Below are positions 16,857-27,301 of a stretch of DNA of 64,000 nucleotides, piece by piece. The stretch is taken from sequence record MW812339.1, one strand, 5' to 3'. The number at the start of each line of letters is the position of its first letter. Within the stretch, counting starts at the first letter, position 1. A program made the translations under genes and the position numbers. The notes beneath the pieces were generated by a model. That model was not told where the DNA came from. It saw nothing but the letters and a program-made list of their open reading frames with translations, and searched no databases.

Positions 16857-18134
16857 TTAAGCTTTAGACTTTTCGTAAGCGCCAATACCGGCACCGATGT
16901 AACCGTTCAGGCCACTGATTACAGTGTTACCCACGAAGGTTACAGCGCGGTTCAGAGTTTGGTAGTTACGGACAGCCTGGTCAGCCGCGGAACGTGCGTT
17001 ACGCAGACCTTCCCACTCGCCTTCGTTGTTGGATTTGTCCAGAGCAGATGCCGCTTTCTCAGCAGCCTGTTCCAGCTTCTCAACTTCGGAGTCGTAAGAA
17101 CGGAAGTCTTGCAGCAGCTTCTCGAAGCCTTTGCCCACAGCGTCCAGACCGGAAGCAGCAGTTGCCAGCGCGGCCATAGCCGGAGTTGGAACTTCTTTCT
17201 CTTCAGAGCTGTCACCAGTAGACAGGAAGGCGATAGCAGTGAACTCCTGGCCACCGGCCAGAGTTTTGCTACCAGACTGGATGTAGGCGTTGCCTGGCAG
17301 TGCCAGAACTTTCTGGCCGTGCTCGCCGTCTTCGAACTGCGGCAGGTTGCGCAGTTTAGAAGCAGCAGTACCGAACAGAGCAACATCAACCGCGCCTTTA
17401 GCAGCAGTTGCATTGCCTTCGGCAGTTTTGGTGATCGCGACAGCAGAGTCAGCAGCCTGTGCAGACAGCGCGGTGATTGCAGCCTTCGCTTTACCGCCGG
17501 TCAGCTCTTTACCGATAGCGATAGAGTTAGCAGCATCAAATTTGCCTTCGATAGACAGTTTGCTGATGAAGCCACCAGAGATGGTTTCTTTTTTCTGCTT
17601 GCCGAGTTTGCGGATCGCTTCCTGGTAGGCTTTCGCACGTTTCTGTGCAGATTTACCTACGTTGAAGTATTTCAGCTTCAGCTCTTTAGCTTTCGCCAGG
17701 ACTGCTTTACACAGTTCAACGAAACGCTTGTACAGATCTTTCAGGGTTTCTTTCCAGCCTTCCTGCGCGGCTTTGGTCATACCACGGCCACGGCGATAGG
17801 ATTCGCGTGCCAGTTTGGTACGATCGATACCCCAACGCTTACGGATGCTTTCCTGAGCGACTTCGGCGTGAGCGATGGCTTCTTCAGACATCTCTTCGCC
17901 GTTTTCAACTTTTTCGTCAGCAGCATCGATTGCAGCTTCAGTACGCTCGGTATCGGCAGCCAGAGTTTCCTGGTCACCGTCCAGCTGATCCAGCTGACCA
18001 TCGATGGACGCGACTTCCGCCAGCTGTACGTCGATGTTCTCTTCTGCCGGCTCAACGTTGCTGATGCCGTCGATTACATCGCCAGTTGCCTCAACGGACT
18101 CACGAGCGATTTTACGTTGTGCAAAATTTGCCAT
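16857..18134 (-). CDS. Abundant inner-head (ejection) protein, paralog 1 (SPN3US gp53-like)
   Basis: Acidic propeptide with ARE-12, AQE-95, ARE-111 and AQE-125. Shares the N-terminus MANFAQRKIARESVE and the C-terminus AGIGAYEKSK with its neighbour. Confidence 0.75.
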   Translation of the reverse strand: MANFAQRKIARESVEATGDVIDGISNVEPAEENIDVQLAEVASIDGQLDQLDGDQETLAADTERTEAAIDAADEKVENGEEMSEEAIAHAEVAQESIRKRWGIDRTKLARESYRRGRGMTKAAQEGWKETLKDLYKRFVELCKAVLAKAKELKLKYFNVGKSAQKRAKAYQEAIRKLGKQKKETISGGFISKLSIEGKFDAANSIAIGKELTGGKAKAAITALSAQAADSAVAITKTAEGNATAAKGAVDVALFGTAASKLRNLPQFEDGEHGQKVLALPGNAYIQSGSKTLAGGQEFTAIAFLSTGDSSEEKEVPTPAMAALATAASGLDAVGKGFEKLLQDFRSYDSEVEKLEQAAEKAASALDKSNNEGEWEGLRNARSAADQAVRNYQTLNRAVTFVGNTVISGLNGYIGAGIGAYEKSKA

Positions 18135-18189
18135 TTCGTTTGGTTCCTTTGGTTATAACCCAATTACACGCCCCTGGTTAGGGGCCCCC

Positions 18190-18747
18190 TTAGGGACGTG
18201 CGATTTTTAAAAACACTGCTAACGACGAGATCATATCGGATAATCCGTTCGGACGCGTCATCCAACGTGCCAGCAGTTCGTGGTCTGCATAAGATAATAG
18301 ACGGTTATCCGCCTTAAGTGTCTGATGCGCTTTCCCCATAGAACGCACGGACCCGCTGCGGCCATATGCCGCGGCAAGTAAACGTGAACCCAGGGAACCG
18401 GTTTGCTCTACCTGCTTGGTAGAATGGATGTCGTTCATGTACGACACCAGCAATACCGACCATTGACCTGTTGACATCGTGCGGCGCTTACCGTCAAGCA
18501 AGAACTGTGCAGTTTCGTTATAGAACGTATTGAACGTAAAGCCGACCTGCGGATATTCGTCATATAATACCTGCTGGACAGACTCTGCAGCCAATAGCTT
18601 GAAATACGGCAGCACCACGGCACACGCATGTAACGTCTCATGAATCAATTCGTCGTCATGTGTCAGCACGGGGTTTTGGGCTAGTTTCGCCATGTAGTTT
18701 TTGATTAACTTCTCGGCGACGTTAAAATTCGGGTCATTCTCAAACAT
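18190..18747 (-). CDS. Probable head protein (SPN3US gp52-like)
   Basis: 185 aa, CAGGAG RBS; synteny. Confidence 0.55.
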   Translation of the reverse strand: MFENDPNFNVAEKLIKNYMAKLAQNPVLTHDDELIHETLHACAVVLPYFKLLAAESVQQVLYDEYPQVGFTFNTFYNETAQFLLDGKRRTMSTGQWSVLLVSYMNDIHSTKQVEQTGSLGSRLLAAAYGRSGSVRSMGKAHQTLKADNRLLSYADHELLARWMTRPNGLSDMISSLAVFLKIARP

Positions 18748-18771
18748 GACGTTCTCCTGATTATACGGCCC

Positions 18772-19704
18772 TTAGGCAAGGCCGTATTTTTTCTCCAGAC
18801 GTTCACGTTTGTACTTGAGTTCCATCAAACGCTTTTCATGCGCTTCGATGAGTTTCTCAATGTGCACGTCCCCTTCACCGGCAGCCTGTTGTTTCTTGTA
18901 CAACAGAATACGCAGCTCAGTCGCTTTCGCGGCTTCCACGCATTCGTCGTAACGATCCATTTGCCACTCAGCGATATTCAGACGCACGCGATAAATGATT
19001 GACAGCGGGAATGGAACCGAAGACATTCCGAGTGGGTCAGTCGTGCTCGAACCGAACTGCTGAACCAGGGTGGAATAAGTATCTTCGTCAAACACCGCTT
19101 CAGGGATTTCCGCGTAGTCTGCTTTCAGCTTGGCAATAGGCGTTGCCAGGACGCGCACCGCAATACAGTAGGACGTCTTACGAGTCTGCAGATATTGAAG
19201 GTCTTTCGGACCGATTCCCTTCACTGCAATGTTAGACCCCGGTATGGCGGCAATTTCTTCGGCCGTGATGTAGTTAATCAGGGTGCTAGAGTAACCGACG
19301 AAGAACTCGATCATATCCAGCATCTGCAACACGGTCTGTTTGTTGAACGTGAGAGAAGATGTCACCAGAGTTTTTCCGATGTCACGATCGATACACTGTT
19401 CGAGGAACGGACGTAGCGCCTGTACGTTCTGCATAGTCGCTACGATGTACTCCAGCATGGACGGTTCACGCAGCCCCTTCACATCCAGACCGGATGAGTG
19501 GAGATACTTGACAATCGCGGTGGACAGCTCGGCAACCGGTTTAGCTTTAAACTGTTTGCCTTGAACACTGCCTACCAGCTCCTGGAGGTTCTCGAACTGT
19601 GGCTCTAACGCAGCAATGGAATCGCAGTTAGATGACAGTTGGTTTTTCAGATTGGTGGCTTCGAAGCTCGGAAGCAGCATCGCCAACATATTTGGAATCG
19701 GCAT
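18772..19704 (-). CDS. Probable inner-head protein (SPN3US gp51-like)
   Basis: 310 aa with a C-terminal coiled coil; synteny. Confidence 0.55.
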   Translation of the reverse strand: MPIPNMLAMLLPSFEATNLKNQLSSNCDSIAALEPQFENLQELVGSVQGKQFKAKPVAELSTAIVKYLHSSGLDVKGLREPSMLEYIVATMQNVQALRPFLEQCIDRDIGKTLVTSSLTFNKQTVLQMLDMIEFFVGYSSTLINYITAEEIAAIPGSNIAVKGIGPKDLQYLQTRKTSYCIAVRVLATPIAKLKADYAEIPEAVFDEDTYSTLVQQFGSSTTDPLGMSSVPFPLSIIYRVRLNIAEWQMDRYDECVEAAKATELRILLYKKQQAAGEGDVHIEKLIEAHEKRLMELKYKRERLEKKYGLA

Positions 19705-19715
19705 TCTATTACCCC

Positions 19716-20834
19716 TTACAGTACCGGTTGCGCGCCAGCGCGATAGGCTTCGATGACTTTGTTGACATCAGCGCTACCGGCCTTAGACTTGCTAAAGTCA
19801 GATTTATCCAGTTCGGTTGAACCATTCTGACCGCGGGTGTAAATGGTGACGCGATTCCAGGTCTGGTCTACTACCACGTAGTAAACGGTCAGGGTGTCTT
19901 TGAACACGCGCTGACGAATGTTGAAATCGTCAAAGTCACCGCCCAGCTGTGCGGCCAGGTCATCAATGGTTTCTTGAGAAACAACCATCACAGACGATGC
20001 GTTGTTGATGGACGGAGCGAGACTCAGCAGACCGGACAGCCAGTTGCCGTTCTTCTTCTCCATCATCTTGCGGTAGTAACCGGACTTATCACGGAAGCGG
20101 TTCTTGCGATACTCTTCGATGAGGTCGTTCGAGAACGCGATGTCTTTCGCGTAGCTGAGCATCCCCACTTTGGCGCGCAGATAACGTTCCCAGAAGGTTT
20201 TGGTCTGGTCGCTGAACGCAATCAGGGTCTTAATCTGATCGGTTGGCACGGAGCTAACGTCGAGGCGCAAACGCATCGGCAGCTCTACCTTATTACCGTC
20301 ACGCTCGAACACCACGGAGAATTGCTTGCCGGTAGACAGGCCTTCTTGCTCGTGCAGGAATTTCAGGGTGTTGTTCGGCAGTACCGCATTAGCGGTGGAT
20401 TCGGTCGCCACTTTATTGTCGGATTTCTGACGACGAGATTCACCAACCGCGATACCGATTTTATCGTATGACGGCAAGCCAAAGCGGGAAGATTCGCCGA
20501 CTGCAAGTTTTGCTAAACGCGAACCGCTGCGGGCAGCGTTATCCAGTGCATTACGACGGGTGGAAACCTGGTCGAGTGTACCCAGGATATCGACCTCAGG
20601 CACGCCAACCAGAATTGAGATGGCGGTGAGCTGATTACCAGCCAGGAGGATTTGGATTTTCTCCAGAATGCCAGGCAGGTAGTCTAAGCCCAACAGGCTT
20701 TGTTCAACCAGCGTAGTGTGCTCGTTGTACAGGATAGAGTTGAATTCTTCCGTCGACTCCGCACGCTGGCGAAGCAGCATGGGAAACTTTGAAAGAAAGG
20801 AGACGAGCGATGTCTCAAAAGTTTTTTCTGCCAT
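19716..20834 (-). CDS. Probable inner-head protein (SPN3US gp50-like)
   Basis: 372 aa with VGES and ATES candidate cleavage motifs; synteny. Confidence 0.55.
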   Translation of the reverse strand: MAEKTFETSLVSFLSKFPMLLRQRAESTEEFNSILYNEHTTLVEQSLLGLDYLPGILEKIQILLAGNQLTAISILVGVPEVDILGTLDQVSTRRNALDNAARSGSRLAKLAVGESSRFGLPSYDKIGIAVGESRRQKSDNKVATESTANAVLPNNTLKFLHEQEGLSTGKQFSVVFERDGNKVELPMRLRLDVSSVPTDQIKTLIAFSDQTKTFWERYLRAKVGMLSYAKDIAFSNDLIEEYRKNRFRDKSGYYRKMMEKKNGNWLSGLLSLAPSINNASSVMVVSQETIDDLAAQLGGDFDDFNIRQRVFKDTLTVYYVVVDQTWNRVTIYTRGQNGSTELDKSDFSKSKAGSADVNKVIEAYRAGAQPVL

Positions 20835-20856
20835 TTTTAACTAAACTCCGGAGTTA

Positions 20857-22122
20857 ATGATGAGTAACGAGACCGATAAGAACGATCCGGGGTATGACCC
20901 GAATACCGACTACGATAATTCGTATCAGAACCCGAACAATATCGATGCCGTGCCATCAGTCGCCGACTACTACGACCGTCGCTTGTCGGACGCGAAACCC
21001 ACCACGGCTTACAATGCAAATGATGAGTTAACGGGATGGAACGACCGTATCCGTCTTACGTTAGGTTTGGGTCTGGCTGCGCAGCGTGTGACCAACCCCT
21101 ATATGGGGTTCAACCATATGATGGCGTCGAACCCGACGCCGATTAACCGTGAATACGGTGGTCTTACGTTTCTGACGCGCCCTGACTTTAACTTGTGCTT
21201 TGACAACATCGCCAACTCACGCAAGATGTCGAATATGGCATCCCAGCCAAAGTCATCGCTTGACTACTCTATTCTGGCGGCATTAGACCCTGATTTCGAG
21301 CTGGGGTTCTCGGACTCACCGATGAACAACGGTCGTCGTCGAAATCGTCTGGGTACACCGTTCATGAAGGACATCATGTTTGATAATCTTCAGGCTTTCA
21401 TACCATTGCTGAGTACGCAGTTGATGAGCCTGTCGGGGATGCCTGACCAGTCCGTCGATAACTGGATGTCGAATGAAGGTCTGATGCGCGAACAGTGGGG
21501 TATGGTTGACTCCACGCATGAGATTAATAACCAGTACAGCATGAGCATGTCACTGAACAACCCGTATGGTAATCCGATTATGCGCATGATGGGCGTATGG
21601 CTGGAGTACATGTCTGGTGTGAAGATGGGCAAGTTCAAGCCGAAGATGCGTAACTCGATTCAACGCCGTATCGATTACCAGTCACGCATGTACGGTTTCA
21701 AGTACGACGCATTAGGCAACATCACCCGTTTCTGGACAGCCTGTGTGGCCTGGCCAATGAACGATAACGCCGGTCAGATGGCCAACGTCGATAACACCAA
21801 ACCGCAGTTAAACGACGATACCACCATCAACCTGAACTGGCAATGTATCGGGGCACGTTTCGACGACCCTCTGTACATGGAGATGTTTAACCTGACCGTT
21901 TCGATGTTTAATCCGGACATGATTCCGGAACCGGGTAGCGTATCCAGTGGTAACTTTGTGCCGATTGCCGGTGACCAATTGGTACCGATTCCGCCACAGC
22001 TGTTGCCGCTGTTCAACTACTACGGCTACCCACACATCGACTCCTTGCGCCGTAAACTGACGTGGTACGTCTATCAGGCGGACTACCAAAACATTCTGAA
22101 GAGAGCGGGTCTACTCAAATGA
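20857..22122 (+). CDS. Virion protein, possible baseplate or tail-tube-fold subunit (SPN3US gp49-like)
   Basis: 421 aa. The segment ITRFWTACVAWPMN...INLNWQC resembles tail-tube-like folds; synteny. Confidence 0.45.
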   Translation: MMSNETDKNDPGYDPNTDYDNSYQNPNNIDAVPSVADYYDRRLSDAKPTTAYNANDELTGWNDRIRLTLGLGLAAQRVTNPYMGFNHMMASNPTPINREYGGLTFLTRPDFNLCFDNIANSRKMSNMASQPKSSLDYSILAALDPDFELGFSDSPMNNGRRRNRLGTPFMKDIMFDNLQAFIPLLSTQLMSLSGMPDQSVDNWMSNEGLMREQWGMVDSTHEINNQYSMSMSLNNPYGNPIMRMMGVWLEYMSGVKMGKFKPKMRNSIQRRIDYQSRMYGFKYDALGNITRFWTACVAWPMNDNAGQMANVDNTKPQLNDDTTINLNWQCIGARFDDPLYMEMFNLTVSMFNPDMIPEPGSVSSGNFVPIAGDQLVPIPPQLLPLFNYYGYPHIDSLRRKLTWYVYQADYQNILKRAGLLK

Positions 22123-25079
22123 CAACGAGAACTTACGATGCGTTAGCGAACGACTTGCTGCTGTTGGCCCATAACCCATCAGCGATGCAATCGTTAATGC
22201 TGAACCAATTGCAGGATGTGCAGGATGCCGAAGGGCAAGTTCTGCTGCGTGACCCGACCGACCCCGTCGTTTACATGAACGAAGTGGGTATCACCATGGG
22301 CCACACAGTCATCCAAGGTGACCGGGAAACGATTCCTAAGATGTTCCCATCGATGGCACAGACGATGGATGACTTATTCCGCCACATGTCCGACGTTGAT
22401 TACGTCGATGTGTTTGCTCAACCGGCTAATGCGGAGCTGTTGCTTCTACTGGACGTCGACTCGATTATAACGAAGGCGATGCCGTTGAATGTGGCGGGTA
22501 TTCGTAAAGTGGTTATTCCGCGCGATACCATCTTTAACGTATCAGGATACTCTTTTGCGATTCAGTATCCAATTGAGATTCGTGTGTTGCCGTACGGGAC
22601 AAACGACAACCCGGCCTTCCAAGTGCTATGGATTACCGAGAATCAGTCACCGATTTCTCCGGTTTCCACGAATGCCCTGGACTGGGAACTGACCAGTGCA
22701 CCGACTACCACGTCTCGCCTGTTGGCGATTCGCATCCCTACGCTGCAATACGCTGTAAAGGACGAGTCTGATACGCTGATGGGGCAGAACACCTTCGTGA
22801 TGACGCGTGCATTCACGAACAAGTTCTTCTACGTCCGGGTCTGGAACCGTCCGAGTAACAGCACTACCTGGACGGAAATCATTCACACGCACAGTCGCGA
22901 TGTGTACGACCCGAATGTGCCTACTGCCTTAATTCAGGTTGCAGGACAAACTATTCGCTGTACCATTCCGTCCATTTACATGGCGAAGAATCTGGTCAGC
23001 GGGGAAATCCGTATGGATGTCTACACGACCCTCGGGACGTTGAATCTGGACGTTTCGGCTTTCCCGTCCGACGAGTACACCTTCGCGTTGCGTGACCTTA
23101 ATGGCGAATACGACGCCAACTACATCAACCCAATCCAATCGTTCTCGATTAAGATGCTGGTTGCTGAAGAAGGCAAATACGCTACTGGGGGTCGTTCGCA
23201 GTTGTCTTTCGATGACCTTCGTAACCGCGTGGTGGATAACGCAGTAGGTGCTCGCAATCTCCCGGTAACGGAGAAGCAACTCGAAGCCACGGTTTCTGAT
23301 TACGGTCTGACATTGTCAAAACCTAACGACTACGTAACCGGGCGCACTTACTTCCTGACAGCGCCGATGCTCGACTCCACTATCTCGAAGGTGAGTTCAC
23401 CCATCGGTACCATTACAGCGCCGTTGTATTTCAGCTGGGATGAATTGGTCGCCTTACCGACGGTACGGCAGAACGGCAATCGTTTAACCATTCTACCGGA
23501 CACACTGTATCGATTCACCGACACCAGTCTGCAGATTGATGCAGAGATGACGGTACTGGCGAAAACGATGCGCAAAGAAGATTTGGTTAATGCGGGCAAT
23601 ACCAGTCGTTACCTGTTCACACCGTTCCATTACGTGGTGGACATTAACAACAAGTCCTGCGATGTCCGCATTTACCAGCTGGATAAACCGGTGCTGAACT
23701 CTAAGCGCTTTGTCACCACCAACGTCACCACTGAACTGAGTGTGGTCACTGCGGATTACCAGATTGAGAAAACGGACGCGGGTTACATTCTGCGAACCGT
23801 GACGAAATCGGAACCGCCGTATCAAGCCCTTAGCGATGACCAGGTGTTTGCACAGATATCCTTCACCCCGCGTAACGCGGATGGGAAATTGGCTTACATC
23901 AACGGGACACTGGTTGGGATGCAGGGTTCTGAACGCGTCTGGGAGTTCTTGTTGGAAACCAATCTCGACGTTGACCGTAACGATGAGCTTGTGCTTAACA
24001 ACACGCGCATCACGACCGATGTGAACGTAGACACCCCAGTACCTCTGCTGACCGAGTACAACGTGTTCTACGGCTGCTCAGGCTACTATCCGGGTAACTA
24101 CGAGCGTGCTGAGATGGACACGATGATTGTTCAGCCGACCCGCGATTCGATTGGTATCACCCATGAGATTTTCAAAATCGAACTGGGTAAAGCGATGTCG
24201 TATTACTGGCGTAAAGCGCGGGCGGTCACCGACACCATCAACTACGAATACTACCAGGAAGATGTTCTCGCATTTTGGGAGCAGGATGTGGTAGCAACGA
24301 AAGAAGATGGCATCACCCCAATATACACCTACGATCCGAATGCCACCCCACCGCTGCAGATTCAGTACCTGCATCGTAAGGGTGACCCGAAGATTGACCC
24401 GGTGACCGGCGAGCAAGAAATTGCTCACGCGAAAGGGACGCAGGTGTTTGATAACTTCGGTCAACCGTCTATCGCTAAACCGCGTAGTATTAAGTTCCGT
24501 AGCGAGATGGCTGTGTTCGATGCCCGTTATCGTTTCGCGAACACCAAAGCCGTGAAAGAGTATCTGGCGGCGATTATCGCAAACATCGTTAACTACGTGA
24601 CTGTCACGTTACCTATCTTGAAACCGCTGTTACTGGAACAAACCGAAGGGTTCTTCGTGCCGATTACCACTATGGGGTATATCGATGCGCGTACCGAAGA
24701 CGGGGTAGTTACACCGTTGCCGGCAGAAAACCAGTTCACGGTGAAATACTACCTGACCGCTGCTAACCGTTCGAACTCTGACCTGTTAGCCCAGATTCGT
24801 AAGAAGACCTCACAGGTCATCAATGCGTATTTGGCAGCCAACCTGACTATCTCTGCTACTGAAATTGGTAATGCATTGAAGTCAGCGTTATCTGATGCAG
24901 TCATCGGGGTAGAGCTGGATAACATGGGTCCGGATAAGGACATGCGTTTGTTTACGGTAGTTTCTGAAGCTTCTCGCGCAACCATTGGTAAGAAGCTGGA
25001 TGTGGAAGCAAACGGTGACATCGGTTTGAAAGATGACATCGTTATCTCTTACAACCGCCACGACACAGACAAAGAATAA
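22119..25079 (+). CDS. Large virion baseplate protein (SPN3US gp48-like)
   Basis: ORF track 22062..25079. Likely start is ATG 22119, overlapping the upstream stop (ATGA); about 986 aa. Confidence 0.55.
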   Translation: MTTRTYDALANDLLLLAHNPSAMQSLMLNQLQDVQDAEGQVLLRDPTDPVVYMNEVGITMGHTVIQGDRETIPKMFPSMAQTMDDLFRHMSDVDYVDVFAQPANAELLLLLDVDSIITKAMPLNVAGIRKVVIPRDTIFNVSGYSFAIQYPIEIRVLPYGTNDNPAFQVLWITENQSPISPVSTNALDWELTSAPTTTSRLLAIRIPTLQYAVKDESDTLMGQNTFVMTRAFTNKFFYVRVWNRPSNSTTWTEIIHTHSRDVYDPNVPTALIQVAGQTIRCTIPSIYMAKNLVSGEIRMDVYTTLGTLNLDVSAFPSDEYTFALRDLNGEYDANYINPIQSFSIKMLVAEEGKYATGGRSQLSFDDLRNRVVDNAVGARNLPVTEKQLEATVSDYGLTLSKPNDYVTGRTYFLTAPMLDSTISKVSSPIGTITAPLYFSWDELVALPTVRQNGNRLTILPDTLYRFTDTSLQIDAEMTVLAKTMRKEDLVNAGNTSRYLFTPFHYVVDINNKSCDVRIYQLDKPVLNSKRFVTTNVTTELSVVTADYQIEKTDAGYILRTVTKSEPPYQALSDDQVFAQISFTPRNADGKLAYINGTLVGMQGSERVWEFLLETNLDVDRNDELVLNNTRITTDVNVDTPVPLLTEYNVFYGCSGYYPGNYERAEMDTMIVQPTRDSIGITHEIFKIELGKAMSYYWRKARAVTDTINYEYYQEDVLAFWEQDVVATKEDGITPIYTYDPNATPPLQIQYLHRKGDPKIDPVTGEQEIAHAKGTQVFDNFGQPSIAKPRSIKFRSEMAVFDARYRFANTKAVKEYLAAIIANIVNYVTVTLPILKPLLLEQTEGFFVPITTMGYIDARTEDGVVTPLPAENQFTVKYYLTAANRSNSDLLAQIRKKTSQVINAYLAANLTISATEIGNALKSALSDAVIGVELDNMGPDKDMRLFTVVSEASRATIGKKLDVEANGDIGLKDDIVISYNRHDTDKE

Positions 25080-25123
25080 AAAAGCACTACCCACTCCTTT
25101 TCGGGAGTGGGTAGCCTTTTATT
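25078..25123. terminator. Bidirectional terminator between convergent genes
   Basis: ctacccactcc-tttt-cgggagtgggtag flanked by an A-tract and a T-tract. Confidence 0.8.
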
Positions 25124-26845
25124 TTAATCGCCGGTACTAATGTTGTTGCCTTTCACCAGTGGGTTGCGTTTCGCGAGGTTCAGGATTGTCTGCAGCGTTG
25201 CAGCGCCTTGACAAATGCGACGCACGATGCCGAGGTTCTTACGCAGAATCGCAAAGAAGTCAACATCATCCTGACCTTTATAGAAGACCATCGACAGTTC
25301 ACGACCGCCCGTCTTCAGACCGGTAGGACGTTCCAGTTCTTTGGTGATGACCTCGCTAATCAGATTAACGTACTGAGCGTTATTCTTGACCAGGTCTTCG
25401 AAGTCCTTCACTTTCTTGATGGTCTGCTCAACGGCCTTATCCAAATCGCTGTAGCGATTCAGGTTGGTGGCAGCAGTGTTGTCAGTGAAGCCTTGCTTAC
25501 CGAGTGTTACCACCACGGCTAACAGTTCGCGTTCATCGCCCACCGACACCAGACCTGCTTGACGCAGTTGTTCCAGACATTCACGGCCCAGGTAAGCAGA
25601 CGCTTGCGCGTTTACAATCACTTTACCCGGCATGAATTCAACACCATCGTCGTGACCGACCAGCCCACGAGCCATACCTTCCGGCATCACGACAGACGGA
25701 CAGGTGTCTGGACCGAAGCCACGTTTCGTGACATCGGAGACCATATAATTCATGGACGTGTTGAGGTTAGCCAACGATTGACCGAAGATTGCTGCGGTGT
25801 CATGCGCCAGTTTATTAACCAGTCTGCCGTCGTGTTCGGTTTTCTGGCCATTCCCGTTCATGCCACCGGCAACTGCTGGGTCAGTCATTTCAGCAAAGGC
25901 TTTCTGCAGAGAACCGAAGTAACCGATCAGCTCGTTAGCCGCATTCGATAGCTGCTTATAGTTCAGCTCGTTCGGGATACGGACACCAGCCTCACGGACT
26001 TTCTTCGGCAGGCCTGCGTGGGCTTTCGCCGCAACCTGCATCGGATAGATACCGTACGTCACATTGAACTGCAGGAGCATGTCGAGGATGTCGTGAATCA
26101 CGCTCTGTTGTGATTGACGCTTCTTCGGATATTCCTTGAACATTTCCGTGAACGGCGAACGTTTCAGCATAGAAGCCAGGTCGTTCAGGTATTCTTCCGC
26201 AGCCATGTTGGTCAACACTTCATCGGCCAGGGTTACGGCCAAGTTCAGGTTTTCCAGGTCACGCCCTTTCAGGCCTTTTGCTGCGGCCATGTACGCATCT
26301 TTGATGGTGGTGACTTTCAGCGAGCCCAGGACGGTGTTTTCATCCGTGCTGTAACTCTCAACTTTCTCATTCACCCCTTCCGCGTATGCTTCACCATCAG
26401 GTGTTGCATTGCCGGCAAAGCCAGAGCCGTTGTTGATAATCCAACCGATGATTTTCACAATCGCGGTCATCACCAACACAACCAGGCCGACTTTACCTGC
26501 GTTTGCCCAAGACTCCAGAGCAACGATAGTTTCTTTCTGGTGAGTCTTGGTGTAGTTCGATGTCAGTACACTACGGATGGCCGTTGGAATGGTGCCCGGA
26601 CGGCTAGATTCAACCGCTACCGCGACATCACGAGACAGGCCAGCACGACGCACTTCGTCGAGGATAGCCTCGAGCTGAAGAATCAGACGAGTACCGTAAA
26701 TCAGATCGGCTTCGTTGCGCTGCATGTACAGGTTAAGCTGGTTGACTGAATCAACACGCTCTGACATGCGGGAACGCAGGACTTCACCAATCTCCCCCAA
26801 ACGCCATTTGGGGTGGGAGGCGTTACCTGTCATTTCCATGCTCAT
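25124..26845 (-). CDS. Inner-head ejection protein (SPN3US gp47-like)
   Basis: 573 aa with AVE-79 and ALE-111 candidate cleavage sites, followed by a hydrophobic helix. Confidence 0.6.
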   Translation of the reverse strand: MSMEMTGNASHPKWRLGEIGEVLRSRMSERVDSVNQLNLYMQRNEADLIYGTRLILQLEAILDEVRRAGLSRDVAVAVESSRPGTIPTAIRSVLTSNYTKTHQKETIVALESWANAGKVGLVVLVMTAIVKIIGWIINNGSGFAGNATPDGEAYAEGVNEKVESYSTDENTVLGSLKVTTIKDAYMAAAKGLKGRDLENLNLAVTLADEVLTNMAAEEYLNDLASMLKRSPFTEMFKEYPKKRQSQQSVIHDILDMLLQFNVTYGIYPMQVAAKAHAGLPKKVREAGVRIPNELNYKQLSNAANELIGYFGSLQKAFAEMTDPAVAGGMNGNGQKTEHDGRLVNKLAHDTAAIFGQSLANLNTSMNYMVSDVTKRGFGPDTCPSVVMPEGMARGLVGHDDGVEFMPGKVIVNAQASAYLGRECLEQLRQAGLVSVGDERELLAVVVTLGKQGFTDNTAATNLNRYSDLDKAVEQTIKKVKDFEDLVKNNAQYVNLISEVITKELERPTGLKTGGRELSMVFYKGQDDVDFFAILRKNLGIVRRICQGAATLQTILNLAKRNPLVKGNNISTGD

Positions 26846-27291
26846 GAAATTTGTCCTTTCACCTCAGCCATGTAGAAACCGAACGTTTCCATGAAACGTC
26901 CAATCCACAGACCGACTGTTTCCCAGACATCAGCGCCAAGCGCCTGGTCGAAGATTTCACGCACAGAGAAACTCTGCATCGCACGTTCACCGCCGAATAC
27001 GTTGCAATAACGGTTCACGTACAGACCTACGGTCATGTCTTCGACAACACCCAGATCGACGCAATACAGTTCGTTTACGTCAGAAACGATGCTACGCATA
27101 ATCGGGCGCAGGAAGGTGCTGGCGGCTTCGGCACCACCACGAATGCCATTATCAGGCAGAACAGCGTTAAACGCCAGAGCGTAGGCTACAAGGCCTGTCA
27201 GGGCGCGTTGTGCCTCCACACCCTTTCCTTCATTGGTACGTTTGAAATCCAGTACCAGATTGTTCAATGAGACTTTGTGCGTCATGGTCAA
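26842..27291 (-). CDS. Probable head protein (149 aa)
   Basis: ORF coupled to the downstream gene; AAGGG RBS. Confidence 0.6.
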   Translation of the reverse strand: MTMTHKVSLNNLVLDFKRTNEGKGVEAQRALTGLVAYALAFNAVLPDNGIRGGAEAASTFLRPIMRSIVSDVNELYCVDLGVVEDMTVGLYVNRYCNVFGGERAMQSFSVREIFDQALGADVWETVGLWIGRFMETFGFYMAEVKGQIS

Positions 27292-27301
27292 TACCCTTAA
27301 C

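Noticed and set aside
15743-18158. Long + strand ORFs (332 and 399 aa) opposite the two head paralogs
   Set aside because: Antisense shadows. The strong codon bias of highly expressed genes avoids TTA, CTA and TCA, which removes opposite-strand stops. No RBS or protein-like composition.
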